Below are positions 1 to 7,808 of a stretch of DNA of 42,659 nucleotides, piece after piece. Location of the stretch: the IMG/VR virus record IMGVR_UViG_3300045988_098498; one strand, given 5' to 3'. Numbering within the stretch: the first letter of the stretch is position 1; each line of letters starts with the position of its first letter. This stretch comes from a virus. The position numbers were made by a program, and so were the translations under genes. Under the pieces are notes generated by a model. That model did no database searches. It was not told the origin of the DNA and was given only the letters and a program-made list of their open reading frames with translations.

Positions 1-99
1 AAAAAGTCGATAAAACAATCGAAACTTTATGCGAGAGGATTCAGAAAGAAGCTGAAACTTCAATATGTATTGAAACTGTACCGGACATAGTAAAAGCCC
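1..99. repeat. Terminal overlap, copy 1 (identical to 42561-42659)
   Basis: Read directly. The first 99 nt equal the last 99 nt of the window, which implies a circular or permuted assembly with 42,560 unique bp. Confidence 0.95.
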
Positions 100-146
100 T
101 GGCAGAGCTGGTGTCTGCCAGGGAAAAACTCAAGAAAGAGTTTTAG
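1..146 (+). CDS. 3' part of the same junction-spanning hypothetical ORF
   Basis: Same frame as 42551. Stop TAG at 144-146. It is only a complete ORF once the contig is circularised. Confidence 0.6.
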   Translation, partial: KVDKTIETLCERIQKEAETSICIETVPDIVKALAELVSAREKLKKEF

Positions 147-151
147 ACTGA

Positions 152-322
152 TTATTCTTTGCTGCTTGACTTACCGAGATGTTCAACGATCGTGTTGTAA
201 AAAGAGGCTATTTCTTTAGCATTACCGGTTGAAGTTGTAGTTTTTCTGATCAGACCATTTTGGATAGCCAATTCAGTAAATGTTGCAGCAAGCTGATTTT
301 TATTGGAGTCATTAAGAGCCAT
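152..322 (-). CDS. Hypothetical small protein (56 aa)
   Basis: Frame of track ORF 152-421. The internal ATG (322) is preceded by AGGAGG (rc of 332-337). Sequence MALNDSNKNQLAATFTELAIQNG... has no recognisable family. Confidence 0.55.
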   Translation of the reverse strand: MALNDSNKNQLAATFTELAIQNGLIRKTTTSTGNAKEIASFYNTIVEHLGKSSSKE

Positions 323-486
323 AATTGCAATCCTCCTTTCATATGTACTCGGGTGTGCCAGCACCCTGTATATACAGAATAGGAGCGTACTGTTGAAAAC
401 ACAAGAAAAAGCGTTCGACAAAGTAGTAAAAATTCTATAAACACAACAAATACAATCTTCATACGATAAAACAGGAGGTGAACCAG

Positions 487-642
487 ATGGCAGTTATCAA
501 AGAAATCAAAAACGGATCCGGAGGAGTAATCCGGATCCATGACGACTACTGCAAGAACAATACTCCGGAAGACAACCAGAAGATTATAGATAACGTATCC
601 CGGATAGTGAATGATTATTACATAAGAAAATCCGTGGGGTAG
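487..642 (+). CDS. Hypothetical small protein (51 aa)
   Basis: ATG 487 follows AGGAGGTG (473-480). Sequence MAVIKEIKNGSGGVIRIHDDYCKNN...; stop TAG 640-642. It is below the ORF-track length cutoff. Confidence 0.55.
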   Translation: MAVIKEIKNGSGGVIRIHDDYCKNNTPEDNQKIIDNVSRIVNDYYIRKSVG

Positions 643-701
643 AAGGAACTTGCAGAGCTCCACCCTCTGGTGGATGAGGAACATAAGAAAAGAGGCAAGA
701 A

Positions 702-863
702 ATGAAACGAGATGCGATCATATCCCTGTGTATAGCCCTCCCGGTGGCAAATCTGCCGTTCTGGCAGTGGAGAAGCCCGGCAGAGATGATCCTGATGGCA
801 GGGCTGTTCTGGCAGGTGGCGTTTGTTGCCGTGGTCGGGACGGGATATAAGAAACGAAGATAA
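702..863 (+). CDS. Small hydrophobic (membrane) protein, 53 aa
   Basis: ATG 702 follows AGAGG (691-695). MKRDAIISLCIALPVANLPFWQWRSPAEMILMAGLFWQVAFVAVVGTGYKKRR has two hydrophobic stretches and a basic tail. A hairpin at 869-892 follows it. Confidence 0.45.
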   Translation: MKRDAIISLCIALPVANLPFWQWRSPAEMILMAGLFWQVAFVAVVGTGYKKRR

Positions 864-1048
864 AAAATGCCAGCACATAGCAGTGTGCTGGCAAAGGGAA
901 AAATCCCAGATATAAACGTTCAACATCATCATAGCATCTGGGAGGAGAACAGTCAAGCGGCACGGGTGAAAAGCCCGTATTTATTTTTGGGGTACGAGTC
1001 CCCTTGCAGGCTTGATTAAACGTATTAGAGATAGGACAAGGATTGCTT

Positions 1049-1807
1049 ATGAGGTGTGGATATATAAGATGGATCTGGGACTGTGGGAACACCAGAGAAG
1101 TAGAAGAAAAACATACAGGAAGATATGGCGCCAGGGGACAGAAACGCCAGAAAAGACAGAAAGCTACCCCGGAAGAAATTGCAAAGCAAAATCAATGGAA
1201 AAGGGAAAGGGATGTTCGCAGGCTGATCAAGTGGAATTTCGGAATAGGAGATTACTGGTTCACACTGACATACAAGAAAGGATCACGCCCACCTTGGAAA
1301 CAGATGCAGAAAGATATGTCAAAGTTTATCCGGAAGCTTCGGGACAGGTATAAAAAATATGGATGGGAGTTGAAGTACATATACCGCCTGGAGATTGGAA
1401 AGCAGGGCGGACCCCACGTACATATCCTGGTCAACCGGAAATCAAACAATGAGACAGATACAGGGCTTCTAGTGGAAATGTTATGGAACCATGGCCATGC
1501 ACAGACAAAGAGAGTGTATGACGTAGATTCCGGAGAACTGGCAGAATACATAACCAAGCCGTTGAAAGAACATGAGCCAGAGGACCTGAAACGGTACCAC
1601 CCATCCAGAAACCTGATCCGCAAGGATCCGGAGAAAGAAGAGATAAAAAAACGGAGCTTGGTGGACAGGCAGGGGATACCGAGAGATCCGAAACCACCAA
1701 AGGGATGGGCGATTGTTCCTGGTTCAGTAAAACATGGGAAAAACAAGGTGACAGGCTACGCATACCGGCATTACATACTGGTCAGAACAGGGAATAGAAG
1801 GGATTGA
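1049..1807 (+). CDS. Rolling-circle replication initiator (HUH endonuclease, Rep_1-like)
   Basis: Three ordered motifs typical of HUH Reps: FTLTY (motif I), HVHILV (HUH, motif II) and AEYITKP (catalytic Tyr, motif III). The start could be TTG 1043 or ATG 1049. Confidence 0.65.
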   Translation: MRCGYIRWIWDCGNTREVEEKHTGRYGARGQKRQKRQKATPEEIAKQNQWKRERDVRRLIKWNFGIGDYWFTLTYKKGSRPPWKQMQKDMSKFIRKLRDRYKKYGWELKYIYRLEIGKQGGPHVHILVNRKSNNETDTGLLVEMLWNHGHAQTKRVYDVDSGELAEYITKPLKEHEPEDLKRYHPSRNLIRKDPEKEEIKKRSLVDRQGIPRDPKPPKGWAIVPGSVKHGKNKVTGYAYRHYILVRTGNRRD

Positions 1808-1808
1808 C

Positions 1809-2315
1809 ATGTGGAAAGTAGACATATATCTGGAGGCAGACAGCAAGGCCCAGAAGAATACAGAGAGAAAATGTGCATATATCCTGGAAACGATTTGCGC
1901 CGGCGCAATTAAAACAGCAGAAGGGTTCCAATGTATTTCTGGAACATACCACAGTGCAACCCTTCAAAACCTGGCGACAGCATTATCGCGGATCAGAAAG
2001 ACAAGCAATGTCTGCGTCCATACAGAAGATGTTTATGTGGTATCCCGTATCCGGAAACTTCCGGAAATGGCAGCAGCCAATTGGGAAGATGCCAGAGGCA
2101 CCAGGATTGGGAATGCAGAACTCTGGAAAAGGATCTGGGAGCTGATAGAAGAGCATCACTTAACATTAACAGCAAAAGCCGGGAAGCACAGTTACTCAAA
2201 CTGGCTTCAGGAAGCTATGAAAAAAATGAAGGGAGAAGATGTAAATGTTCGAAAAATTTGGAGAGATGAGCAGCTGCAGGGAGATCAACGAGCTTGCAGA
2301 GAACCTGCTGAATGA
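1809..2315 (+). CDS. RNase H-like fold protein, active site apparently degenerate
   Basis: By-eye alignment to E. coli RNase HI: VDIYLEAD / SATLQNLATAL / VCVHTEDVYV / NWEDARGTRIGNAELWKRI. The E48, D70 and D134 equivalents look substituted (Q/N, E, Q). Confidence 0.45.
   Translation: MWKVDIYLEADSKAQKNTERKCAYILETICAGAIKTAEGFQCISGTYHSATLQNLATALSRIRKTSNVCVHTEDVYVVSRIRKLPEMAAANWEDARGTRIGNAELWKRIWELIEEHHLTLTAKAGKHSYSNWLQEAMKKMKGEDVNVRKIWRDEQLQGDQRACREPAE
1895..1908. repeat. 14-bp perfect palindrome TTGCGCCGGCGCAA, copy 1 (inside the RNase H-like gene)
   Basis: Read directly. Confidence 0.95.
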
Positions 2316-2739
2316 AGGAGATATCCAGAGCCTGAAAGTGATGGCGCAGGAGAATGGCATCCCGGAAGACTATGTTGAGATGTATCAGTCCGGCGATATC
2401 CCGTATCTTTGTGACGCTGTGACGGCCGCCATGGGGAAACTGGATGTGGAATGCGGATCTCTGAAACTGGCCGGTCTGATGAATGACTGGGTGGAGTATA
2501 TCCGGGGGCTCTGTATGGAGGATGAGATGGTCGCACACCAGGTCCGCAAGAAAGGAAAGAGCCTGAAGCAGTGCATCGCAGAGATCTTGAAGTATGCCTT
2601 TAAGAACCAGGTACCTGTGGACAAGGAGATCATAAAGGCTGCAGGAGTCAACGCCGGAAAAGTGACCTTCGGAGATCCGGACATGGGTACCGCAAAAAAA
2701 CTGATCCGTGATTACTATCTGGGAGGCAGCAGGAAATGA
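2245..2739 (+). CDS. PcfK-like protein
   Basis: N-terminus MFEKFGEMSSCREINELAENLLNEGDIQSLKVMAQENGIPEDYVE matches my recollection of the PcfK-like family (PF14058). It sits directly upstream of a PcfJ-like gene, as in pCF10-type elements. Confidence 0.6.
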   Translation: MFEKFGEMSSCREINELAENLLNEGDIQSLKVMAQENGIPEDYVEMYQSGDIPYLCDAVTAAMGKLDVECGSLKLAGLMNDWVEYIRGLCMEDEMVAHQVRKKGKSLKQCIAEILKYAFKNQVPVDKEIIKAAGVNAGKVTFGDPDMGTAKKLIRDYYLGGSRK

Positions 2740-4808
2740 AGAAAAAGGAGATAGAAAAGATTCCATTCCGGGGCGGTGTCAGGGCAGACAAACAGTATCG
2801 TAACACAGCAGTTGCATTTTTCCAGGATCTCCGTGGAGAGAGCCATCTGTTTGTTGAAGTTTACGAAAACAAAAAACGGGAGCTGCAGACCCCGTGGATC
2901 CGGATGGTGTTTACCCAGAAGGACTGGGGCTTGTATTATCCGGATGCAGGGGTCTGGTCGGCAGCAGGTCTGGATGAAGAAAGGGAAAAGATTGGCAGTA
3001 ACTGCAAAAAAAGAGACAACAAGTGTTATATGGCTAGGTCCCAGGGAGATATGGTGTGGAAGTTTACTGGAGATACGTGGGAACGGAAATACACCACCTG
3101 GGTAGGTGCCCTGCAGAGCCTGATCTATAACATCAAAGCGCAAAGAGTCCAGAAAAGGGAAGACAAACGTGCGGACAGGCTTAAAGAACGGGAACAGAAC
3201 ACCCCGCCGCTTCCGAAAGGACTGGAAGACTGGGCGAAAAAAACAGGCATCGGAACAGAACACTTCCTGTACTACAAGCGTCATGGAAGATATGCGGATA
3301 TAACCTGCTCTGCATGCGGACAGGTGACGGAGGCAGCGGTCAGAAGCAAAGACACCTACGAGGGACAGTTTGAAAAGATAATCCCGGTCCCGCAACATGA
3401 TTCGGTGGGAACGTGCCCTCATTGTGGTGCTACAGGGGTGTATAAGGCTCAGGGAAAGGCCAAAGGAGTATGGGGGCATGGGATGAACTGCTTTATTGCA
3501 CAGAGATATAAGGATGATGGAGCAGTGATCAGATATGTGGAGATAGAAAAAATATACAGACTGGATACTTCCCTGGATGAAAAAGAGATCATGATAGGCG
3601 CAGGCGAAAAGATGATCATAACTGAGATCGCAAGGACTTACCTGGAAAAAGGAAAAAGGCCACAGACAGATTATCATAAATTTAGTTCTTACTCCGGAGA
3701 ATTCTGGGATGACTGCAATTTGTGCGGAATGAACAACATTTCGATCAAAGCAGCAAAGATATATCCGGAAAGCTACAAAGAACTCCGGACCACATTTCTG
3801 AGATATTCGGCAGCAGAGATGTATGGAAAACATAAGACCATGTACAACCTGAAAGAATACCTCGAAAGATATATCCGATGGCCGCAGATAGAGATGTTTG
3901 TGAAAATGGGATTATATCATATAGCGGAATCCATAGTAGCGGGCTACTGCGGGATCATAGCAGACAAGGATGCCGTAAAGCCGGAATGCTTTCTTGGAAT
4001 CTACAAAAGAAGGCTCAGGGACCTGAAGACCTTGCAGGGGAATCTGGATTATCTGAAAATGTGGCAGATGGAGAAGCGGATGGGACTCCACCTGACAGTA
4101 CAGGAAAGCGTATTTCTTGCGGAAAGCCAGGTACGGCAGAACGATCTGAAAGAAATATTGAAATATACCACAGTAGCAAAATTCATGCACAGGATAGAGC
4201 AGTATTCCGGGTGCGAGATCCCTGATACTATGCAGGAACTCATGTGTGGAAGGGCAGCAGGTGCTGTAAGCGGCGTAACCCGCACTTATGTGGATTATCT
4301 GCATATGCGGATACAGAGGGGGTATGACCTGCATAACCAGATTTTCCTTTTTCCGAGAGACCTGAGGCTTGCCCATGACCAGATGGTCATTGAGACAAAT
4401 GCGGAAGAGATCCGCAAGAGAGAACAGGCAGTTAGCGAAAAATATCCGGACATCCGAAAGAACTACAGGGGTCTGAGAAATCAATATTTTTACGAAGACG
4501 AGGATTATCTGATACGGCCGGCAAGATCAGCAGAAGAGATCGTTGCAGAAGGAAGGATCCTCCATCATTGCGTCGGCGGGGACAGCTATCTGAATAAGCA
4601 TAACACCGGCCGGAGCACGATCCTTTTCCTGCGTTCAAAGTCAGTGCCGGAAACACCGTATATCACAATAGAGATCTGCGGGACAAAGATCCTGCAGTGG
4701 TATGGGATCCGAGATACAAAGCCAGATGAAATCAGGATAGAAAGGCATCTGAGAAGATACATAAAAGCATTAAAGGAAAAAGATCAGATAAAGTCAGTGA
4801 CCGCATAA
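2736..4808 (+). CDS. PcfJ-like domain protein (690 aa) with zinc-ribbon-like CxxC pairs
   Basis: C-terminal EGRILHHCVGGDSYLNKHNTGRSTILFLR is the signature I associate with PcfJ-like proteins (PF14284). CSACG...CPHCG motifs are present. ATGA overlap with the previous gene. Confidence 0.65.
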   Translation: MKKKEIEKIPFRGGVRADKQYRNTAVAFFQDLRGESHLFVEVYENKKRELQTPWIRMVFTQKDWGLYYPDAGVWSAAGLDEEREKIGSNCKKRDNKCYMARSQGDMVWKFTGDTWERKYTTWVGALQSLIYNIKAQRVQKREDKRADRLKEREQNTPPLPKGLEDWAKKTGIGTEHFLYYKRHGRYADITCSACGQVTEAAVRSKDTYEGQFEKIIPVPQHDSVGTCPHCGATGVYKAQGKAKGVWGHGMNCFIAQRYKDDGAVIRYVEIEKIYRLDTSLDEKEIMIGAGEKMIITEIARTYLEKGKRPQTDYHKFSSYSGEFWDDCNLCGMNNISIKAAKIYPESYKELRTTFLRYSAAEMYGKHKTMYNLKEYLERYIRWPQIEMFVKMGLYHIAESIVAGYCGIIADKDAVKPECFLGIYKRRLRDLKTLQGNLDYLKMWQMEKRMGLHLTVQESVFLAESQVRQNDLKEILKYTTVAKFMHRIEQYSGCEIPDTMQELMCGRAAGAVSGVTRTYVDYLHMRIQRGYDLHNQIFLFPRDLRLAHDQMVIETNAEEIRKREQAVSEKYPDIRKNYRGLRNQYFYEDEDYLIRPARSAEEIVAEGRILHHCVGGDSYLNKHNTGRSTILFLRSKSVPETPYITIEICGTKILQWYGIRDTKPDEIRIERHLRRYIKALKEKDQIKSVTA

Positions 4809-4818
4809 GGAGGAAAGC

Positions 4819-6075
4819 ATGGAATATGTACAGCTGAGCATGGATGAATACATCCAGAGTAAAAACGACATCAAAAATAATCTTGGGGGTATCGTAAAGA
4901 GCTTTGTCCGGATCGGATGGCAGCTGACCAGAATCGACCGGTCAGGTGCTTATAAAAATGACGGATACAGCAGCATAGCCGAATTTGCGGCAGCAGAATA
5001 TGGGATGAACAGGACCGGTGTCAGCCGTTTTATGACCGTATATGAAACATATTCTGCAGACGGGGATACACCGGAACTGAAAGAACAGTACCGGGAATTT
5101 AAGTTCTCGCAGCTGACCGAACTCCTGCAGGTCCAGGAAGCAGACCGGCAGATGTTCACGCCGGAAGTGAAAAGGGAGGATATCAGAGAATTCCAGAGGT
5201 TTGAAAAAGAAAATGAAGCAGATCCGGCCCGGCTGCTTGACTGGAAGGATGCAAAAAGCCCGGAAGAAAAGCTGAAAGCAACGATACAGGAGTTTTGCAG
5301 GGAGAATAAAGATATCCTCAACGCAGTGTACAGCTCAATTATGGAACCAAAAGACCTGGCAGAGATGATCAGCCCGTCCGGCAGCAGGAGTTACCGGAAA
5401 GGCACTGTGTATCTGATGTTTTACGAGGAAACAAAAGGGATCATGGTCAAGGTGTTCGGAGAGACGCCGGTGGATATCACATATCGATATTTCCTCGATG
5501 TTGTGCATAGCCTGTTCGATGAGTACGATGCAGGGGCCCATACCTGGGAGAAATGCTTCGGGGTACTGCCGGACGAGGGAACAACAGCCCAGAAGCAGGA
5601 AGAACCTGTGGAACCGAAAATGCCAGAGCATAGCGGTAAAAACATCGGGAATGTACATGAGGATATTTCGGCGGAGAAGGTGATGGAAAAACCAGAGATT
5701 GCGCCGGCGCAACCGGAAGAACAGATCCCTGGACAGGACAGTATCGATCAGCATCCGGAATATATGCCGGAACCGGTGCAAGAACCAGATATCCCGAAGA
5801 AACCAGAAGATTCTGTACCGGGGATCCATAAAGAAGAACAGAAGTCCGACCCAGTACCGGAAAACAATGAAACTATTCCGGAAGCTATTCCGGAAAAAGC
5901 AATAACCCGGAAAGAATATCTTGAAACGCTCACATTATACGGCTGGGCGGATTACGTGGCAGCAGCAATGCGGACCTTTGGAAGCATACCATTCTCCAGG
6001 TTACGAGAGATTGGCTTCTGGGAAGAATGGCTGTGTGGAAAAGTGGACAAAAAAGGACGTCCATGGATTGAGTAA
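4819..6075 (+). CDS. Putative HTH DNA-binding protein (DUF3102-like N-terminus) with an acidic, Pro/Glu-rich linker
   Basis: SD AGGAGG precedes ATG 4819. The N-terminal pattern GYSSIAEFAAAEYGMNRTGVSRFMTVYETYS resembles DUF3102/ParB-type HTH regions. The low-complexity P/E-rich stretch is encoded at about 5580-5900. The gene contains one copy of the 14-bp palindrome. Confidence 0.45.
   Translation: MEYVQLSMDEYIQSKNDIKNNLGGIVKSFVRIGWQLTRIDRSGAYKNDGYSSIAEFAAAEYGMNRTGVSRFMTVYETYSADGDTPELKEQYREFKFSQLTELLQVQEADRQMFTPEVKREDIREFQRFEKENEADPARLLDWKDAKSPEEKLKATIQEFCRENKDILNAVYSSIMEPKDLAEMISPSGSRSYRKGTVYLMFYEETKGIMVKVFGETPVDITYRYFLDVVHSLFDEYDAGAHTWEKCFGVLPDEGTTAQKQEEPVEPKMPEHSGKNIGNVHEDISAEKVMEKPEIAPAQPEEQIPGQDSIDQHPEYMPEPVQEPDIPKKPEDSVPGIHKEEQKSDPVPENNETIPEAIPEKAITRKEYLETLTLYGWADYVAAAMRTFGSIPFSRLREIGFWEEWLCGKVDKKGRPWIE
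5699..5712. repeat. 14-bp palindrome, copy 2 (inside the HTH-protein gene)
   Basis: Read directly. The extended 16-mer ATTGCGCCGGCGCAAC is shared with copies 3 and 4. Confidence 0.95.
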
Positions 6076-6149
6076 AGGGTGTTTTTGAAAATCCAAATAT
6101 ATCACAACTACATAAGGGGAGGCCCTGACCTCCCCGGAAAGGGGCAGAA

Positions 6150-6545
6150 ATGTTATTTCCAAAACAGAAAAGTAAGAAAAAGAGAATGCGCCATCCGGCC
6201 AGCATCCTGCACGATAAAAGCAGCAGGGCCTGTTATCTCTGCGTAACACTCCACGATAACTGGAACGAACACAGGATCCTGGATGAGCACCATATATTTG
6301 GAGGACCGAACCGGAAGAACTCCGAGGAATATGGTCTGAAAGTATACCTGTGCCACGATCATCACATCTACGGCCCGGAAGCCGTACACAATAACGCCCG
6401 GATCCGCCACGAATTACAGCGGACAGGACAGAGACTATTTGAAAAGCAGCACAGTCACAAAGAATTCATGGAGATATTCGGCCGGAATTATTTGGATTCG
6501 GTAGAGATAGGGGAAAACAATGAGAAAGAGGATGAACCTGTATAA
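6150..6545 (+). CDS. NinG/HNH-like zinc-binding nuclease-family protein
   Basis: Motif string CYLC...EHHIFGGPNRKNSEEYGLKVYLCHDHH...VHNN is typical of the small phage NinG/HNH-like recombination-associated proteins. Confidence 0.5.
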   Translation: MLFPKQKSKKKRMRHPASILHDKSSRACYLCVTLHDNWNEHRILDEHHIFGGPNRKNSEEYGLKVYLCHDHHIYGPEAVHNNARIRHELQRTGQRLFEKQHSHKEFMEIFGRNYLDSVEIGENNEKEDEPV

Positions 6546-6789
6546 GGTAGTAGACCAGAACGGGAAGCAAGTATTTGACGACTTGTTGATAGCCAGACAG
6601 GTCACAGAGAAAACCGGATGTACAAAGAATAATGTAGCCCAGGCAGCAGCCAATTTTGCTTTAGTGAACAAGAAATACCGGATCATTCCGGAGGATATCA
6701 AATTGAGCAAGGTTTTAGATGTTGAACTCCTGGCAGAATGGGACAGGTACCGGAAGTGGATGCTGAGGGCAGCAGGGAGGGGAGAATGA
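6520..6789 (+). CDS. Hypothetical protein (89 aa)
   Basis: Track ORF in the same direction as the operon. GGGGA lies upstream of ATG 6520. No recognised family. Confidence 0.5.
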   Translation: MRKRMNLYKVVDQNGKQVFDDLLIARQVTEKTGCTKNNVAQAAANFALVNKKYRIIPEDIKLSKVLDVELLAEWDRYRKWMLRAAGRGE

Positions 6790-7010
6790 AGAGGAGGCAG
6801 AAAAAGAAACTGTTCAACAGAAAATGTGGATACCGGCTTGTAAAGCTCCCACGCAACTTCCAGACGTGGGCATTCCAATATTACACCGGTATCGGAGCAG
6901 TAACATACAAACGCATTTACACAGAGAAAATCCCAGACAGAGAGAAATACTTGATAGACACCAGAAACGTAGAGAATTTCAACCGGATCATGGCAGAAAG
7001 GAGAAAATGA
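6786..7010 (+). CDS. Hypothetical basic protein (74 aa)
   Basis: ATG 6786 overlaps the stop of the previous gene (ATGA) and follows GGGAGGGGAG. Sequence MKRRQKKKLFNRKCGYRLVKLP... Confidence 0.5.
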   Translation: MKRRQKKKLFNRKCGYRLVKLPRNFQTWAFQYYTGIGAVTYKRIYTEKIPDREKYLIDTRNVENFNRIMAERRK

Positions 7011-7435
7011 TGGGAAACACATGTAAAACCTGTATCAATAACGATGATGGTCTTTGCGACCGCAAGGGGATTATTGTAGAAGACGAAGATTCCTGTGAGC
7101 ATCACTGGGCAGCAGGAAAGAAGGTCAGAATGAAGCGACATGAGAAGAAGATGGATATCACACCAGAACTGATGCTGTCAGCGTACAACACACTGATCCA
7201 GGGGTGTAAAAGCCAGCCGGCCAGTGAGGATGGAACCTGCAGCAGTTGCATCCTGTATCAGCACTGCCCTGGTGCATCAGATCTTCTTCCAGAAAACTGG
7301 AAAGAGATACACTATCCATACCTGGAAGGAAATACACTGCATTACATAAAAGCCGGTAAAGTCAAGCAGATTATATTTTCTAGCCGGGAAGATGCAGAGG
7401 AAAGGCTTGCGGAAATGAAAGAAGGTGTGAAATGA
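7007..7435 (+). CDS. Hypothetical Cys-rich protein (142 aa)
   Basis: ATG 7007 follows AAAGGAG and overlaps the previous stop. The N-terminal CKTCINNDDGLCD...C..HH looks like a zinc-binding module. Confidence 0.5.
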   Translation: MMGNTCKTCINNDDGLCDRKGIIVEDEDSCEHHWAAGKKVRMKRHEKKMDITPELMLSAYNTLIQGCKSQPASEDGTCSSCILYQHCPGASDLLPENWKEIHYPYLEGNTLHYIKAGKVKQIIFSSREDAEERLAEMKEGVK

Positions 7436-7620
7436 GTTATAAGAACAACGAAGGATATCCAGATCCTACAGCTGGAAAGGCAGTCCGGTCAGCAGGGAGG
7501 ATGCCGACGCACATCTATAATGCCTTTTGCGTTCTGAACAATACAGCAGGTCTGCTGGGATTAGAGATTACAGGACTGAGGGATAAAAAAACAGGTCGTG
7601 AATGGCCACAGAGGAGGTGA
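7432..7620 (+). CDS. Hypothetical small protein (62 aa)
   Basis: ATGA overlap with the previous gene. The N-terminal KNNEGYPDPTAGKAV motif recurs in small Firmicutes phage proteins of unknown function. Confidence 0.5.
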   Translation: MSYKNNEGYPDPTAGKAVRSAGRMPTHIYNAFCVLNNTAGLLGLEITGLRDKKTGREWPQRR

Positions 7621-7622
7621 GA

Positions 7623-7808
7623 ATGATGTGGGTAATATTTCTTGGTTCCGGTATGGTGTTCGGAATCGCAGCCCTGGTGCTGGCCTGGATTGGAAGCAGA
7701 GTGATCCTGTCGATCAGGCGGCAGCAGAAGAAATTCGAGATTGAAGATGAAACATACAACAAAGTAAAAGAAGCTATCAAAGAAAAGGAGAACAAAAATG
7801 AAAAGTAA
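7623..7808 (+). CDS. Small single-pass membrane protein (61 aa)
   Basis: ATG 7623 follows GGAGGTG (7613-7619). A hydrophobic N-terminus (MMWVIFLGSGMVFGIAALVLAWIG) is followed by a charged tail. It overlaps the start of the SPFH gene. Confidence 0.55.
   Translation: MMWVIFLGSGMVFGIAALVLAWIGSRVILSIRRQQKKFEIEDETYNKVKEAIKEKENKNEK

Noticed and set aside
1-99. Interpretation of the terminal identity as physical direct terminal repeats or cos ends
   Set aside because: An ORF with a good SD reads seamlessly across the junction, and the overlap length looks like an assembler k-mer. The terminase type suggests headful or other packaging that sequence alone cannot place.
650-850. 66-aa plus-strand ORF from the track
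   Set aside because: It has a poor start context and an Arg/Gly-rich translation. The alternative frame at 702-863 has an SD and encodes a plausible membrane peptide.
2715-3833. 372-aa minus-strand ORF
   Set aside because: It lies entirely antisense to the well-supported PcfJ-like gene. It has no SD and a low-complexity Cys/Phe/Ser-rich translation. It is a shadow ORF.
6116-6135. GC-rich hairpin GGGGAGG-CCCTGA-CCTCCCC read as a terminator between 4819-6075 and 6150-6545
   Set aside because: No T-run follows, and the 3' arm merges into the SD region of the next gene. It may be structural but cannot be called a terminator.
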